64,000 nt of DNA, taken from positions 18,172 to 82,171 of the forward strand of contig NZ_JAIXSL010000020.1 in the NCBI RefSeq assembly GCF_027484705.1, in the 5' to 3' direction. Below the pieces are notes generated by a model. The model made no database searches. It saw only the letters and a list, made by a program, of their open reading frames with translations, and was not told the DNA's origin. Every line of letters begins with the position of its first letter. The stretch's first letter is position 1. Below, one piece after another: positions 9,404 through 20,900 of the stretch. Both the position numbers and the translations under genes were made by a program. The stretch is from Flavobacterium sp. Its GTDB lineage: Bacteria > Bacteroidota > Bacteroidia > Flavobacteriales > Flavobacteriaceae.

Positions 9404-10831
9404 TTACAAGGATAATTTTTTATGGATGTCCTCCACAAATTTTTTGAATTGTTTGTCCGTAGCCACTAAGTTGTCCACCGTTTTGCAAGCGTGTAAAACC
9501 GTAGCATGGTCGCGATCTCCAATTTGTGAACCGATATTGGCCAAAGAAGCTTTGGTGAATTTCTTAGCAAAGAACATCGCCAATTGTCTCGCTTGAACCA
9601 CGTGTCTTTTTCTGGTTTTTGATTGCAAAACTTCAAGATCCAATTGGAAATAATCGGAAACAGTTTTCTGGATGTATTCGATTGAGATTTCGCGTTTGAC
9701 ATTCTTTACGAATTTCTCAACGACATGTTTGGCCAAATCAATCGTGACTTCTTTTTTGTTGAAAGAGGATTGAGCAATCAATGAAATGATGGCGCCTTCC
9801 AATTCTCTAACATTCGATTTGATATTGCGCGCTACATATTCGATGATTTCTTCAGGCATATCCACGCCGTCGCGATATAGAATGTTTTTTAAGATCGAAA
9901 TTCTTGTTTCATAATCCGGTTGGTGCAATTCTGCGGACAATCCCCATTTGAAACGCGACAACAAACGTTGCTCAATATCCTGCATGTCTACAGGCGCTTT
10001 GTCTGAAGTCAGGATGACCTGTTTGCCGTTTTGGTGCAGGTAATTGAAGATGTGGAAAAACACATCCTGCGTCCCTGATTTTCCGGATAAGAATTGAACA
10101 TCATCAATAATTAAAACGTCAATCAGTTGGTAAAAATGGATGAAGTCGTTTCTGTTGTTTTTCTTAACAGAGTCGATATATTGTTGGGTGAAAATTTCCG
10201 CAGAGATATACAACACGGTTTTTTCAGGGTATTTGTCTTTAATCTCCACGCCGATAGCGTGCGCCAAGTGTGTTTTTCCCAAACCGACACCGCCAAAAAT
10301 AAGCAGCGGATTGAAAGAAGTTCCTCCGGGTTTGTTCGCTACAGCCATACCAGCAGAACGTGCCAAACGGTTGGAGTCACCTTCAAGGAAATTCTCAAAA
10401 CTATAATTCGCGTTTAATTGGGATTCGATTTTTAAATTTCGGATGCCGGGAATGACAAATGGGTTTTTTAATTCAGGGCTCAAATTTTTAAACGGAGCAT
10501 CGACTTCCTGAGGTTTCATAGAACTTCTGTGAGCGCTCGGAAGTTGTTCGGTAAAAGGTTGTTTGTTGCCGTAAGTGTTCTCCATTTTTATTTTGTAGAG
10601 CAATTTGGCATTTTTTCCCAATTCTTTGGTGAGGGCTACTTTTAATAATTTCACGTAATGTTCTTCCAGCCATTCGTAGAAGAATTTGCTAGGAACTTGA
10701 ATGTATAATGCATTATCGGTCAGCTCAACAGACTTAATCGGTTCAAACCAAGTTTTGTAAGCTTGGTCCTGGATATTGTCCTTTATGAAAAGCAGACAAT
10801 TTTCCCATACTGATTGCGCAGTTTTGCTCAT
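9404..10831 (-). CDS. dnaA: Chromosomal replication initiator DnaA
   Basis: Walker A GGVGLGKTH, Walker B LIIDDVQF, RLLSRF.WGL, SNVRELEGA, domain IV GDRDHATVLHA. Confidence 0.98.
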   Translation of the reverse strand: MSKTAQSVWENCLLFIKDNIQDQAYKTWFEPIKSVELTDNALYIQVPSKFFYEWLEEHYVKLLKVALTKELGKNAKLLYKIKMENTYGNKQPFTEQLPSAHRSSMKPQEVDAPFKNLSPELKNPFVIPGIRNLKIESQLNANYSFENFLEGDSNRLARSAGMAVANKPGGTSFNPLLIFGGVGLGKTHLAHAIGVEIKDKYPEKTVLYISAEIFTQQYIDSVKKNNRNDFIHFYQLIDVLIIDDVQFLSGKSGTQDVFFHIFNYLHQNGKQVILTSDKAPVDMQDIEQRLLSRFKWGLSAELHQPDYETRISILKNILYRDGVDMPEEIIEYVARNIKSNVRELEGAIISLIAQSSFNKKEVTIDLAKHVVEKFVKNVKREISIEYIQKTVSDYFQLDLEVLQSKTRKRHVVQARQLAMFFAKKFTKASLANIGSQIGDRDHATVLHACKTVDNLVATDKQFKKFVEDIHKKLSL

Positions 10832-11034
10832 ATTATTTAGTAAATTTGTATTTTTATTAAAGGTTCTCTTACAAAGAAAATCAGTTGATTTTTCCTTACT
10901 TTTTGGGGTAACAAATATGTGAACAAAAATCGTTAAAAAAAAATAAAATTGAGGTTGATTTATTAAAAATATTATTGTAAGACACTCTCTTTTGCCTTCG
11001 AAAGGTAGTGAAAAATACTAAACAAACAGACAAT

Positions 11035-11430
11035 ATGGAGCATCAAATTCAGGTACGCGTTCGTTATTCGGAAACCGATCAGATGGGCGTCGTTTACCAT
11101 GGCAATTACATCCCTTATTTTGAGATTGGTAGGGTAGAATGGCTCAGAGACAAAGGCGTTTCTTACAAAAGTCTTGAAGAAAGTGGTATTGCGCTTCCGA
11201 TTGTTTCGATGACTTTAAATTATAAAAAACCAGCGCGTTATGATGATCTGCTGACCGTGAAAACGATCTTCAAAAAACACAGTTCGGTGAAGATTGAATT
11301 CGACTGTGAAATCTGGAGCGAGCAAAATGAGTTATTAACAACAGCCTACTTTATTTTGGTGTTCGTCGACATGAAAACCGGGCGGCCGATTACACCTCCG
11401 GATTACATCAAAAAAGTGATGAATTTGTAA
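11035..11430 (+). CDS. Acyl-CoA thioesterase (YbgC/4HBT family)
   Basis: VRVRYSETDQMGVVYHGNY, PARYDD; ATG 11035 preferred over GTG 11008. Confidence 0.92.
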   Translation: MEHQIQVRVRYSETDQMGVVYHGNYIPYFEIGRVEWLRDKGVSYKSLEESGIALPIVSMTLNYKKPARYDDLLTVKTIFKKHSSVKIEFDCEIWSEQNELLTTAYFILVFVDMKTGRPITPPDYIKKVMNL

Positions 11431-12042
11431 TTATTCCTTCAAACGGATGCTGATTTCAAACATATTTTGAAAAGTCTCCAAAACAGCTTTAGCATTTTTC
11501 TTTCTCGTGGCGATTTCAATCTCGCAATCGTTTTCCATTTTTTGGGCAACCATTGCGAGGTTTTTCTCTTTGATGACGCGCATCACTTTGTTCATATTCT
11601 TGTAGTCGAAAGCAATCAGGTAATGAATATCAATCGTTTTTTCTACAATCGATGAAGCTTCAAGTGCCATTTGTGCCGCAGTTTTATAGGCTGAAATCAA
11701 TCCGCCTACACCCAATTTAGTGCCACCAAAAAATCGCACCACAACGATAAGGATATTGGTCAGTTCGTGTGACTGGATTTGTCCGTAAATCGGCATTCCT
11801 GCAGTATTACTGGGTTCGCCATCATCGTTAGCGCGAAAGGTTATTTTTTCGGTTCCGATCTGATAAGCATAACAAAAATGAACCGCGTTGAAGTGTTTCT
11901 TGCGCAAAGGTTCGATCAAAGGTTTGACTTGTTCCTCAGAATCTAACGGAAAAGCATAACCGAAAAACTTGCTGTTTTTTTCTTTGAACAGAATTTCTTC
12001 AGAAGGGAAAGCGATCGTCTTGTACGTGTCTTTGACTTCCAA
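11431..12042 (-). CDS. yigZ: IMPACT/YigZ family protein
   Basis: EKNSKFFG, H.C.AY, DDGEPSNTAGMPI, VVRFFGGTKLGVGGL. Confidence 0.92.
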   Translation of the reverse strand: MEVKDTYKTIAFPSEEILFKEKNSKFFGYAFPLDSEEQVKPLIEPLRKKHFNAVHFCYAYQIGTEKITFRANDDGEPSNTAGMPIYGQIQSHELTNILIVVVRFFGGTKLGVGGLISAYKTAAQMALEASSIVEKTIDIHYLIAFDYKNMNKVMRVIKEKNLAMVAQKMENDCEIEIATRKKNAKAVLETFQNMFEISIRLKE

Positions 12043-12048
12043 AAGCGG

Positions 12049-12651
12049 TTAGAGTATCTTTTTCTCAAACAAATCCACGACATCTTCCTGACCGACTTGC
12101 AGGTTCCAGACCTGAATGCCCAAAGCGGCGGCGGCATCGGTATTTTCTTTTTTGTCGTCTACAAACAAAGTGCGTTTCGGTGACAAGTCATGTTTTTTAA
12201 GGATGTAATTGAAGATTTCCGGATCGGGTTTGCGCATGCCCATCTCAAAAGAATAATAGACTTTTTCGAAGCATTGGTAAAAATCGCTGAAAAATGACAT
12301 GCCCGCCATATGTTCGAAACGGCTGATATGAATGGCATCAGTGTTGGTCAGCAAAAACAAGCGGTATTTTTGGGAAAGCATCTGGAGAAACTCCAAACGG
12401 TATAAAGGAAATTCGCCGATTACGGAATTCCAGGCTTTACGGATATCGAGCAAATCAGCATTCGGGATGTATTTCTGAAAACCTTCAATGAACTGCAATT
12501 CGGTGATTTTGCCTCTTTCGAACAAATCATTCATGTTCAACAAATCTTCATTTGGCCCGTCTAAACCTAGTTTTTTAAACTCTAAAATGGAAGTTTCTTT
12601 TTCAAGGTTGACAAAAATATCGCCAAAATCAAATATAATTGTGTTAATCAT
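12049..12651 (-). CDS. HAD-superfamily phosphatase
   Basis: IIFDFGDI motif I, LLTNT, MRKPDPEIF, FVDD. Confidence 0.92.
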   Translation of the reverse strand: MINTIIFDFGDIFVNLEKETSILEFKKLGLDGPNEDLLNMNDLFERGKITELQFIEGFQKYIPNADLLDIRKAWNSVIGEFPLYRLEFLQMLSQKYRLFLLTNTDAIHISRFEHMAGMSFFSDFYQCFEKVYYSFEMGMRKPDPEIFNYILKKHDLSPKRTLFVDDKKENTDAAAALGIQVWNLQVGQEDVVDLFEKKIL

Positions 12652-13672
12652 GGTTTCTAAAAATTAAAAGTTCATCATCAATAATCGATTTTCTGAGGAT
12701 TGCTTTCGCCTCCAAATGAGGTGCTTTGATGCCATTTTCAATGAAAACAGTCCCTCTAAAAACCCGCGCTTCATCCCAAAGATTCTCGTCAATGAAAGTC
12801 TGTAAAGTTCGCCTTCCACCTTCAATAATAACCGACTGAATTTCATGCTGAAATAAAAAATCAGCAATCTGTTTCCCTATGTTTTTGGTGTAATCAATCT
12901 CGTTGGCAGTAAGCACAAAGGTTTTCGATGTATTTTCAAAGATATAATTTTCTTTTGAAATTCGATGGTGTTGGTCTAAAACAATTTTAACAGGATTCCG
13001 TCCCGTCCAATCTCGAACGTCGAGCCTTGGATTGTCATCAATCACCGTCTGTGTGCCCACTAAAATCGCCTGTTCTTCACTGCGCCACTGGTGCACGAGC
13101 TGTCTTGAAAAAGCGTTGGAAATCCAAAAAGGTTTTCGGGCTCCGGCTTCAACAGCTTTTCGAAATTCGGCTGTGGGTGCGATAAATCCGTCTTGGCTTT
13201 CGGCCCATTTCAATATAATATAAGGTCTTTTTTTGTTGTGGAAAGTAAAAAAACGGCGGTTCAATTCGATGCATTCCTGTTCCAAAACGCCCACAATAAC
13301 TTCTTGACCCGAATCGATAATTTTCCTAATTCCGGCTCCTGAAACTTTGCTATTCGTATCGGTCGTGCCCACGATAACAGTCGGAATTTGATGCTTGATA
13401 ATCAAGTCGCAGCAAGGCGGTGTTTTTCCGAAATGGCTGCAAGGTTCGAGGCTCACATACAAAGTGGATTGACGTAACAATGTTTTATCTTTTACAGCGT
13501 TGATCGCATTCACTTCCGCGTGTGGGCCACCGTAAGCGGAAGTATACCCTTCGCCAATAATTTTGCCATCGTAAACAATTACAGCGCCGACTGACGGGTT
13601 TGGCATCGCTGCAGGCAATCCGTTTTTTGCCAGTTCGAGGCAGCGTTTCATGTATTTTTGATGTATCTTCAC
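12644..13672 (-). CDS. ribD: Bifunctional riboflavin deaminase/reductase RibD
   Basis: PNPSVGAVIV, HAE, LEPCSHFGKTPPC, ILKWAES.DG, IIEGG; start GTG 13672 (alternative ATG 13651). Confidence 0.95.
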   Translation of the reverse strand: MKIHQKYMKRCLELAKNGLPAAMPNPSVGAVIVYDGKIIGEGYTSAYGGPHAEVNAINAVKDKTLLRQSTLYVSLEPCSHFGKTPPCCDLIIKHQIPTVIVGTTDTNSKVSGAGIRKIIDSGQEVIVGVLEQECIELNRRFFTFHNKKRPYIILKWAESQDGFIAPTAEFRKAVEAGARKPFWISNAFSRQLVHQWRSEEQAILVGTQTVIDDNPRLDVRDWTGRNPVKIVLDQHHRISKENYIFENTSKTFVLTANEIDYTKNIGKQIADFLFQHEIQSVIIEGGRRTLQTFIDENLWDEARVFRGTVFIENGIKAPHLEAKAILRKSIIDDELLIFRNHD

Positions 13673-13699
13673 GGCACAAAAATAAGACTTTACTTTTAC

Positions 13700-14185
13700 A
13701 TGGGAACGATGATCATCAGACCGATTCAGCAACACGATAATGCGCAAATAGCAACTGTAATCCGAAAGGTTTTAACCGATTTGAATGTGCCGAAAGTCGG
13801 AACTGCTTATGCCGATCCGCAACTCGACTTCATGTTTGAAACATACAACCAACCGCGGGCTGTTTATTACGTTATTGATCATGAAGGTGAAATCGTCGGA
13901 GGCTGTGGCATCAGTCAACTGGTAAATGAAGCGGCAAGCACATGCGAACTGCAGAAAATGTATTTTCTTCCCGAAGCCAGAGGTTTGGGTTTGGGCATTC
14001 AAATGATTCAAAAATGCCTCGAAAGCGCTAAGAATTTCGGATTTGAAAAATGTTATCTCGAAACCATGCCGTATATGGAAGCCGCGCAGCAACTCTACAA
14101 AAAAGTCGGTTTTGACTATATTTGTGCGCCGATGGGAAATACAGGACACGTTTCCTGCCCAGTCTGGATGTTGAAGGATTTATAA
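13700..14185 (+). CDS. GNAT N-acetyltransferase
   Basis: IIRPI, IVGGCGI, CELQKMYF, ARGLGLG, CYLET...M..A..LY.K.GF; start ATG 13700 or 13709. Confidence 0.9.
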   Translation: MGTMIIRPIQQHDNAQIATVIRKVLTDLNVPKVGTAYADPQLDFMFETYNQPRAVYYVIDHEGEIVGGCGISQLVNEAASTCELQKMYFLPEARGLGLGIQMIQKCLESAKNFGFEKCYLETMPYMEAAQQLYKKVGFDYICAPMGNTGHVSCPVWMLKDL

Positions 14186-14193
14186 AAGCGCCG

Positions 14194-15048
14194 ATGCAAA
14201 TCAAAAATTACAGAGCTTATTTTATCGAAACCCTAACGCCGATCTACGATGCGATGGAAACGGAAAGTTTTTTCTATTTAATTCTGGAAGAACGCAATCG
14301 CATGAAAAGAATCGATCTTGCGTTGCAGCCTGAAGCTACTTTTACCGAGCAAGAAATCATCAATTGGAATGCTATTCTGGAACAACTTCAACAGCAAATT
14401 CCGATACAATATATATTAGGTAAAACGGTTTTCTACGGATTGGATTTTGAAGTTGATGAAAATGTACTCATTCCGCGACCCGAAACCGAAGAACTTGTCG
14501 AGTGGATTTTGTCAGATTGTAAGGCTCAAAAACTGGAAGATTTTAAGATTCTCGACATCGGAACAGGTAGTGGATGTATTGCGATTTCATTGGCCAAAAA
14601 TTTACCACAAGCCGAAGTTTCAGCTATCGATGTTTCTGAAAGTGCATTAAATATTGCTACTAAAAATGCTACTTTGAATCAAGTCGAAGTAAAATTTATC
14701 CGTAAAAATATTTTAGAAACGGAAGATTTGAATACAAAATTTGATATTATCGTTTCGAATCCACCCTATGTTCGCAACCTTGAAAAAGCCGAAATCAAAA
14801 AGAATGTTTTAGAATACGAACCGCATTTAGCATTGTTCGTTGAAGATCACGATGCCTTGCTGTTTTACAGGAAAATTGCCGCTTTGGCCCAAAAAAATCT
14901 CAAAGAAAATGGGCAACTCTATTTTGAAATCAATCAATATTTAGGAAGCGAAATGATGGCTTTATTGCAGTCAATGGGTTTTGCTGATATTGAATTACGT
15001 AAAGATATTTATGGCAACGACCGCATGATGCGTGCCGTCAAAAAGTAA
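14194..15048 (+). CDS. prmC: Release factor glutamine methyltransferase PrmC (HemK)
   Basis: PIQYILG, VLIPRPETEELV, LDIGTGSGCIA, NPPY, YEPHLALF. Confidence 0.96.
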   Translation: MQIKNYRAYFIETLTPIYDAMETESFFYLILEERNRMKRIDLALQPEATFTEQEIINWNAILEQLQQQIPIQYILGKTVFYGLDFEVDENVLIPRPETEELVEWILSDCKAQKLEDFKILDIGTGSGCIAISLAKNLPQAEVSAIDVSESALNIATKNATLNQVEVKFIRKNILETEDLNTKFDIIVSNPPYVRNLEKAEIKKNVLEYEPHLALFVEDHDALLFYRKIAALAQKNLKENGQLYFEINQYLGSEMMALLQSMGFADIELRKDIYGNDRMMRAVKK

Positions 15049-16290
15049 TTATTCGTAACGTAAAGCTTCAATCGGATCGAGTTTCGAAGCTTTCAAAGCA
15101 GGATAAGAGCCCGAAACAATCGCCACAATAAAAGTAGTCACGAAAGCCGAAACAATCGCGGCCCAAGGCGTTACAAAATCGAAAGTCAGAAGCGACGCGA
15201 TGCCGTAACCAGCTGAAATTCCCAGAATAATTCCGAAAATCCCGCCCATTTGCCCGATTACTAAAGTCTCGATAAAAAATTGGGTGGCAATCGTACTTCG
15301 TTTGGCGCCTAAAGCCTTTCTGACCCCAATTTCGCGGGTGCGTTCGGTGACCGAAACGAGCATGATGTTCATCAAAGCAATCGAAGATCCGAAAATCGTA
15401 ATGATTCCGATGACCCAAGCCGAAAGTCCGAGATATTGCGTGATGCTCAGAATTTTATTGATGAGGTCGTCGCTTCTTGAAATGCCGAAATTGTCGTCTT
15501 TGATCGGAGTCAATTTTCGAACCCTTCGCATCGTAATGTTGGCATCGTCCACGGCTTGGTCGAGCAGTTCTTTTTTGTCGACCATGACGCTGATCGTATA
15601 ATTGATGTTGGGTGCGGTGAATAAAGACCGCGCAATCTGAATCGGAATCATCACGCGCAAATCCTGGCTGTTGCCAAAGGTCGAACCTTTTTCTTTCAAG
15701 ACGCCGATGACTTTGAATTTGGCGCCGCGGATTGAAATGACCTTATCGATCGGGTTGACATCTTTGAACAAATCCTTTTCAAAATCCGAACCGACCACAC
15801 AGCAATATGTATTGTTGGAAATGTCGAATCCTGTAAAATTCCTTCCTTGGGTGGTTTCGAGTCCGGAATTCACCAGAAAATAATCGTCGACGCCCATCAC
15901 GGTAATTTCGGGATCGGTTTTTTTGTTCTCGAATTTGACTTCCGCCGTGCTAACCGCCGTAAATGAAAGCGAAGTATGTGTTAAAGGGAAATTGTATTTT
16001 TGTTTGAACGCCACCGCTTCAGGATAAGAAATAATCGGATTGATGATCTCGCGTTCGTTACCACCTCGGTTCCGGGTTTCAAAAGCATATTGGTTGATGT
16101 TGAAGGTGTTCGATCCCATTGATGCAAAATCACTCGAAAGCGTGTTCTCCAGCGCGGCTACAACCGTCAGGATGCAGACCAAAGCGGTGATTCCGATGGC
16201 GATAATCAGTACCGTGAGAATGGTTCGCAACAGCTGCGTTCTGATCGACCCTAAGGCAATCCGGATGTTTTCCTTGAATAATTTTAGCAT
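15049..16290 (-). CDS. MacB/FtsX-family ABC transporter permease
   Basis: LRTILTVLIIAIG, periplasmic MacB domain, VSVTERTREIGVRKALGA, KASKLDPIEALRYE; no ATPase gene adjacent. Confidence 0.92.
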   Translation of the reverse strand: MLKLFKENIRIALGSIRTQLLRTILTVLIIAIGITALVCILTVVAALENTLSSDFASMGSNTFNINQYAFETRNRGGNEREIINPIISYPEAVAFKQKYNFPLTHTSLSFTAVSTAEVKFENKKTDPEITVMGVDDYFLVNSGLETTQGRNFTGFDISNNTYCCVVGSDFEKDLFKDVNPIDKVISIRGAKFKVIGVLKEKGSTFGNSQDLRVMIPIQIARSLFTAPNINYTISVMVDKKELLDQAVDDANITMRRVRKLTPIKDDNFGISRSDDLINKILSITQYLGLSAWVIGIITIFGSSIALMNIMLVSVTERTREIGVRKALGAKRSTIATQFFIETLVIGQMGGIFGIILGISAGYGIASLLTFDFVTPWAAIVSAFVTTFIVAIVSGSYPALKASKLDPIEALRYE

Positions 16291-16436
16291 GATGCGAGTT
16301 TGTCACGAAATTACAATTTTTGTTACAAGTTTGCTTTTGGCGCGGATTATTTATTTTAAAATATGATATTTGCAAAGCGATTGCGAGCTGACTGTTTTCG
16401 GCAATCCAAAGATCTCAAAATCCAACAATCAAAATA

Positions 16437-17807
16437 ATGGCTCAGAAACCAAGCATACCTAAAGGAACCCGCGATTTTTCACCGATGGAAGTGTCCAAAA
16501 GGAACTATATTTTTTCGATCATCAAACGCAATTTCGAACAGTACGGTTACCAACCGATTGAAACGCCGTCGTTTGAAAATTCGGAAACGCTGATGGGAAA
16601 ATATGGCGAGGAAGGCGACCGTTTGATTTTTAAGATTTTGAATTCGGGTGATTATCTTGACAAGGTTTCCACAGAGGAATTACAAGAAATTAATTACAAA
16701 AAGCTCACCGGAAAAATTTCCGAAAAAGCGCTGCGTTACGACCTAACTGTTCCATTCGCTCGCTATGTAGTGCAACACCAACATGAAATTGATTTCCCTT
16801 TCAAAAGATATCAAATCCAGCCGGTTTGGCGCGCCGATCGTCCGCAGAAAGGCAGGTTCAGAGAGTTTTATCAGTGCGATGCCGATGTTGTGGGTTCCAC
16901 TTCACTTTGGCAGGAAGTCGAGCTTGTGCAGTTGTACGATGCCGTTTTTTCAGATTTAGGTTTGAAAGGCGTGACTATCAAAATCAACAACCGGAAAATA
17001 TTGTCCGGAATTGCTGAAGTCATCGGAGCCAAAGACAAACTCATCGATTTCACTGTGGCGTTGGACAAACTCGACAAGATAGGCGAGGACGGCGTCAAAA
17101 AGGAAATGGTCGAAAAAGGCATTTCGGAAAGCGCAATCGAAAAAGTACAGCCGTTGTTCCATTTCACAGGAAGCATCGACGAGAAAATACAAAAACTATC
17201 TACTTTATTGGCTACTTCAGCTGAAGGGATGAAAGGCGTGGAAGAACTTCAGTTCATTTGCGACAACCTCACCAAATTAGGACTGCGCGAATCTGTTTTA
17301 GATTTGGATGTGACTTTAGCGCGCGGCCTGAATTATTACACCGGAGCCATTTTTGAAGTCGCGCCACCAAAATCCGTTGCGATGGGTTCTATCGGTGGCG
17401 GCGGAAGATATGATGATCTGACCGGCATTTTCGGGTTGAAAGATATGAGCGGTGTCGGGATTTCTTTTGGTTTGGATCGGATTTATCTTGTGCTTGAAGA
17501 ACTCAACTTATTTCCTGAAACCGTGACGACTTCGACCAAAGCTTTGTTTATCAATTATGGTGAAAAGGAAGCGTTCTATGCGATGCAGGCGATTCAGAAA
17601 CTTAGGCTTGATGCGATTAAAGTGGAACTCTATCCAGACGCGATTAAAGTTGGAAAACAATTTGCTTATGCCGATAAAAGACAAATCCAATATGCTGTGA
17701 TTGTCGGCGAAACCGAAATGCAAGAACAAAAATTCGGATTGAAAAACCTGCAAACCGGCGAACAGACTTTACTTTCTTTTGAGGAATTGAAAGAACAGTT
17801 GGCTTAA
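16437..17807 (+). CDS. hisS: Histidine--tRNA ligase
   Basis: [52 protein letters not shown]. Confidence 0.98.
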   Translation: MAQKPSIPKGTRDFSPMEVSKRNYIFSIIKRNFEQYGYQPIETPSFENSETLMGKYGEEGDRLIFKILNSGDYLDKVSTEELQEINYKKLTGKISEKALRYDLTVPFARYVVQHQHEIDFPFKRYQIQPVWRADRPQKGRFREFYQCDADVVGSTSLWQEVELVQLYDAVFSDLGLKGVTIKINNRKILSGIAEVIGAKDKLIDFTVALDKLDKIGEDGVKKEMVEKGISESAIEKVQPLFHFTGSIDEKIQKLSTLLATSAEGMKGVEELQFICDNLTKLGLRESVLDLDVTLARGLNYYTGAIFEVAPPKSVAMGSIGGGGRYDDLTGIFGLKDMSGVGISFGLDRIYLVLEELNLFPETVTTSTKALFINYGEKEAFYAMQAIQKLRLDAIKVELYPDAIKVGKQFAYADKRQIQYAVIVGETEMQEQKFGLKNLQTGEQTLLSFEELKEQLA

Positions 17808-17833
17808 TCATCAAAAAAAATAGACTTTAAATT

Positions 17834-17875
17834 ACGAATGCACGAACGGAAACTTAATTCAATTCGTGCATTTGT
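17834..17875. repeat. Intergenic palindrome
   Basis: AATGCACGAA(17837-17846)/TTCGTGCATT(17863-17872) perfect 10-bp IR, extendable by 3 bp. Confidence 0.6.
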
Positions 17876-17887
17876 TCGTTTTACTCC

Positions 17888-17924
17888 AAAAAAAAAGCTT
17901 CCCATTCTGAGAACGAGAAGCTTT
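17888..17924 (-). terminator. Terminator of adhesin gene 1 (possibly bidirectional with hisS)
   Basis: AAAGCTTC...GAAGCTTT stem with A9 on the plus strand. Confidence 0.7.
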
Positions 17925-17951
17925 AACCTTAATTTGGGGAAAAAAGGGGAA

Positions 17952-20900
17952 TTATTCAATAATTATTTTCTTGCTCAAATCGCCTTTGGTGGTGACCACT
18001 TTCACGATATAAGCGCCTGTACTGACATTGACGACAGGAATTTTAATTTTTGTCTGGTCTGCATTCTTAACATCCCATGATTTGATTGATTGGCCTAACA
18101 TGTTGTAAAGCTCCACAGTTTTGATTGTGGCATCTGACATGGTGTTGCTGATGTTGATCATATCATCAGTGTTTGTATACGATACGATTACTTCTTTGCC
18201 TAGTTCAAAATCATTCGTTCCTAAAGCTGAATTGGTGAAACGAAGTGAGAATCTGGTATCATAAGTTCCTACCGGCAAATTGATTTCAAAATTATTGCTA
18301 CGGATATCATGGTACTCATCGGTCACATTATCATGGATGTAGATATTTTGATTCGCATCAAGGTTTTCTGTGTCATCCAAAGTGAATTTTACGTTTCCTT
18401 CTGCACCATTTTTCACGCTCAAAGGCAATATTTTGCTGTCGCTGAAGGCATCTACACCTTGAATCACGAGGTTTTGTCCCGGAATCGCAAAGTAGAAATC
18501 ATTCGGCTGGATATCAAGTTGCGGTGCATCATAACCTGAATCGAAACCTTCTGTCGCGAATTCGTTCATGAATCCCAGGAGAATCTGACGGTGGGCACCA
18601 TTCACGGCATCGAACCCTAAACGAATTTTAGAGAAATTGGTGTTGTTCTCGGCGATTCGGTCTTCGTGGTTGTCAAAACGGCTGTCAACGATTGATGCTG
18701 TTGCGTTGTTTTGTCTGAACATCACATTAGATGTTGGGTCAGTTTCTTTAATGAAAGCTCTTTGGCTGTTATCGAAAGTGATGTTTCCGCCACTTCCGCT
18801 TCCGTATACCAAGAATCCTTGTCCTACAGGGATGAATCTGGCTGGGATTCTTGAACTCGATCCTGCACCGCTAATACCAGCAGGTGCTACCGGAGGCGTT
18901 CCACCTACAAGATTTCTTGCTGCGTAACCACCCTGATATTCTACCAGATTGTGCGAAGTGTTCGTGTTGTAATGCTCCCAGAAATATATGGCTCCTGTAG
19001 TTGAAGCGGTATTGGCCGCAATAAACGCATCAGCATCGATAGCAGAAGCATAAGGGTTTCCACACAAGTTCAAATTACCTCCGGCAATCGGTACGGTGAT
19101 CGTTCCGTTGTTTGGTTTTCCTACAAAGGTGTAATTCTGATTGGCTGTAGCTGCGCTGCTTCCTTTCATCGTAAATCCTTGTGCAGGATTTAAACTTCCG
19201 TTTTGTCCTACAGCGGCCCAGTTCGCATATTGAGGCGTCAGGTTCTGGAATTTGAAAATCCAGTAGCTGCTCAACGTAATCGGAGAAGTTGCGGCACCAT
19301 TGTATCCAGAAGTCCAAGTGATGTTCTGGATGTTGTTCGGATCGGTTCCGTCACGCAACACGCCGTTTACAGTAAAGGCATTGTTATTCGTTGTCGCGCT
19401 CAATCCGCCCACAGGTGATGACCAGTAGTTGTAATTGAACTTATTCGATTGACCTTGTTGGTCTCTTTCTATTGAACCGGCACTCGTCGCATCGAGTTCA
19501 CTGTTGGTCGACTGCACCAATTGTGATTTTCCTTGCAAGTCGATTTTACCATCGAGTTTCAAATACCAGTCATTTTGGATTTTAGTATCGTTATTCATCG
19601 TGATGGTTACACCCGGATCTACGAACATTGCCAAATCGGTGGAGTTTGCAGTTTCGGTAATATTGTGTTTCACCTGAATGATGGAATAATCATAATCTGT
19701 AACATCCAATCCTCGGATATCTTTAGTAGCATCGTTAACAGCTGTAGCGAATGTTCCTGTAGTTTTCGTCACGAAAGGCATTGGCGCTTCCTGTACTTTG
19801 ATCACTTTGTGGTTGTAGATTTTCATTCCGGTACCAGTATCGATACCTGAAGTGATTAAATTATCTACGATATCATCTTTGTACGCATCCATTCTGTAAT
19901 ATCTTAATATGTTGCTGTAAGCCAAACTTCCTATGTCTTTAGGCACTATGGCACCTCTGACTTCAGTTCCGTTGTTTTGAATTTCCTGATATACCATGCG
20001 TTGGAATTGGGAATCCGTCAACGCGGTATTGAATACTCTAAGCTCATCAATTTTACCTTTGAAGTAAGTGTTGGCCGCACTAGGGTTTTTACCCAAAGTC
20101 AATACGCTGGAAGCGATACTTCCTGTGGCTGCACCAGAATTGACCATCACACCGTTAAGGTATAGTTTTACAGTGGCTCCGTTGTAAACTGCACCGACAT
20201 GATACCATTGTGAGGTATTGAGTGCTGTAGTGGTGTAAGCGACAGTCGTTCCGTTGACAATAGCTTCTAAGTTCCTGCTGCTGTTGATGCGCAATTGGAA
20301 GTTAGGGGTTCCAGCAATAACTCCTGTGGCAGAAAATGCACTATTAAGGTCGATCCAAGCCATCATCGAAGTATTGGTCAATACGCCAAGCGCTGTAGCA
20401 TCCTGTCCGTAATCGTTTCTACCGTCGAAGTCTAAGAACAGTTTTCTGTTGAGATCTCTTGGAGAGCCTAGTGCTGCTGTATTGGTATCGAAAGCGTCGA
20501 TGATTCCGTCTTTATCGGTATCGGTTGCGCCGTCAATTTTACCATCGTTATTGGCATCGAGTGAAGCATATAAAGAGCCTGCAATATCGGTGATACCATC
20601 ATTATTGGAATCAACCTGTAAATAATCAGGGTTGCCGATACCGTCGGTATTTTGAGTGTAAGGTCTTACGGCTGTTCCGAATCCGCTTAAAGTATCGTAA
20701 ATATCCAAGATACCGTCACGATCCGTATCCACGCCATCGCCTTTACCATCGCCGTTAATATCACCGTCGCCCATGTTGGCAATCGCTTCATCTACGTCGA
20801 ATAAGCTGTCATTATCACTATCCAAATCGATAGCATCTCTTGCGCCGTCACCGTCAGTATCTGGAACTGAGTTGTTGACTCCTGTGTATATTGGGTCGAT

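Noticed and set aside
10832-11034. oriC next to dnaA
   Set aside because: Only ~200 bp with one imperfect box, and it must hold two divergent promoters; no box cluster.
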